Assembly: GCF_001194135.2 (NCBI RefSeq)
Contig: NC_068985.1
Location: forward strand, 48,740,527-48,777,531
Length of the DNA stretch: 37,005 nucleotides
Direction of reading: 5' to 3'
Source of the DNA: Octopus bimaculoides
Lineage: Eukaryota
Below the pieces are notes generated by a model, which was not told the origin of the DNA, ran no database searches, and saw only the letters and a program-made list of their open reading frames with translations. The position numbers and the translations under genes are program-made. Positions 36,945 to 37,005 of the stretch are shown piece by piece (position 1 is the stretch's first letter; every line of letters begins with the position of its first letter).

Positions 36945-37005
<61 letters not shown>
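36945..37005. repeat. (GT)n microsatellite running to the window edge
   Basis: Directly visible. Confidence 0.97.

Overview
AT-rich eukaryotic draft-assembly sequence with nine N-gaps, nearly all bordered by microsatellites. The SINE families resemble, from memory, those of Octopus (coleoid cephalopod); this is not database-checked. The window looks intronic or intergenic: I cannot support any host protein-coding gene, rRNA, true tRNA gene or CRISPR array, and most ORF-track entries are microsatellite or N-gap artefacts. It is a dense mosaic of decayed transposons: a mariner with both TIRs, three DD41D/Tc1-like remnants, a pogo/Tigger-like MITE, a hAT MITE, four R4/Dong-clade LINE fragments, an APE-endonuclease LINE fragment, and about 20 tRNA-derived SINE copies or fragments from several families. 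The most interesting object is a 301-bp tRNA-headed SINE (8014-8314, minus strand) with a perfect 14-bp target-site duplication. Its 3' half carries a near-complete Penelope-type minimal hammerhead ribozyme motif, making it a candidate Pol III SINE/ribozyme chimera. Activity and novelty are untested.
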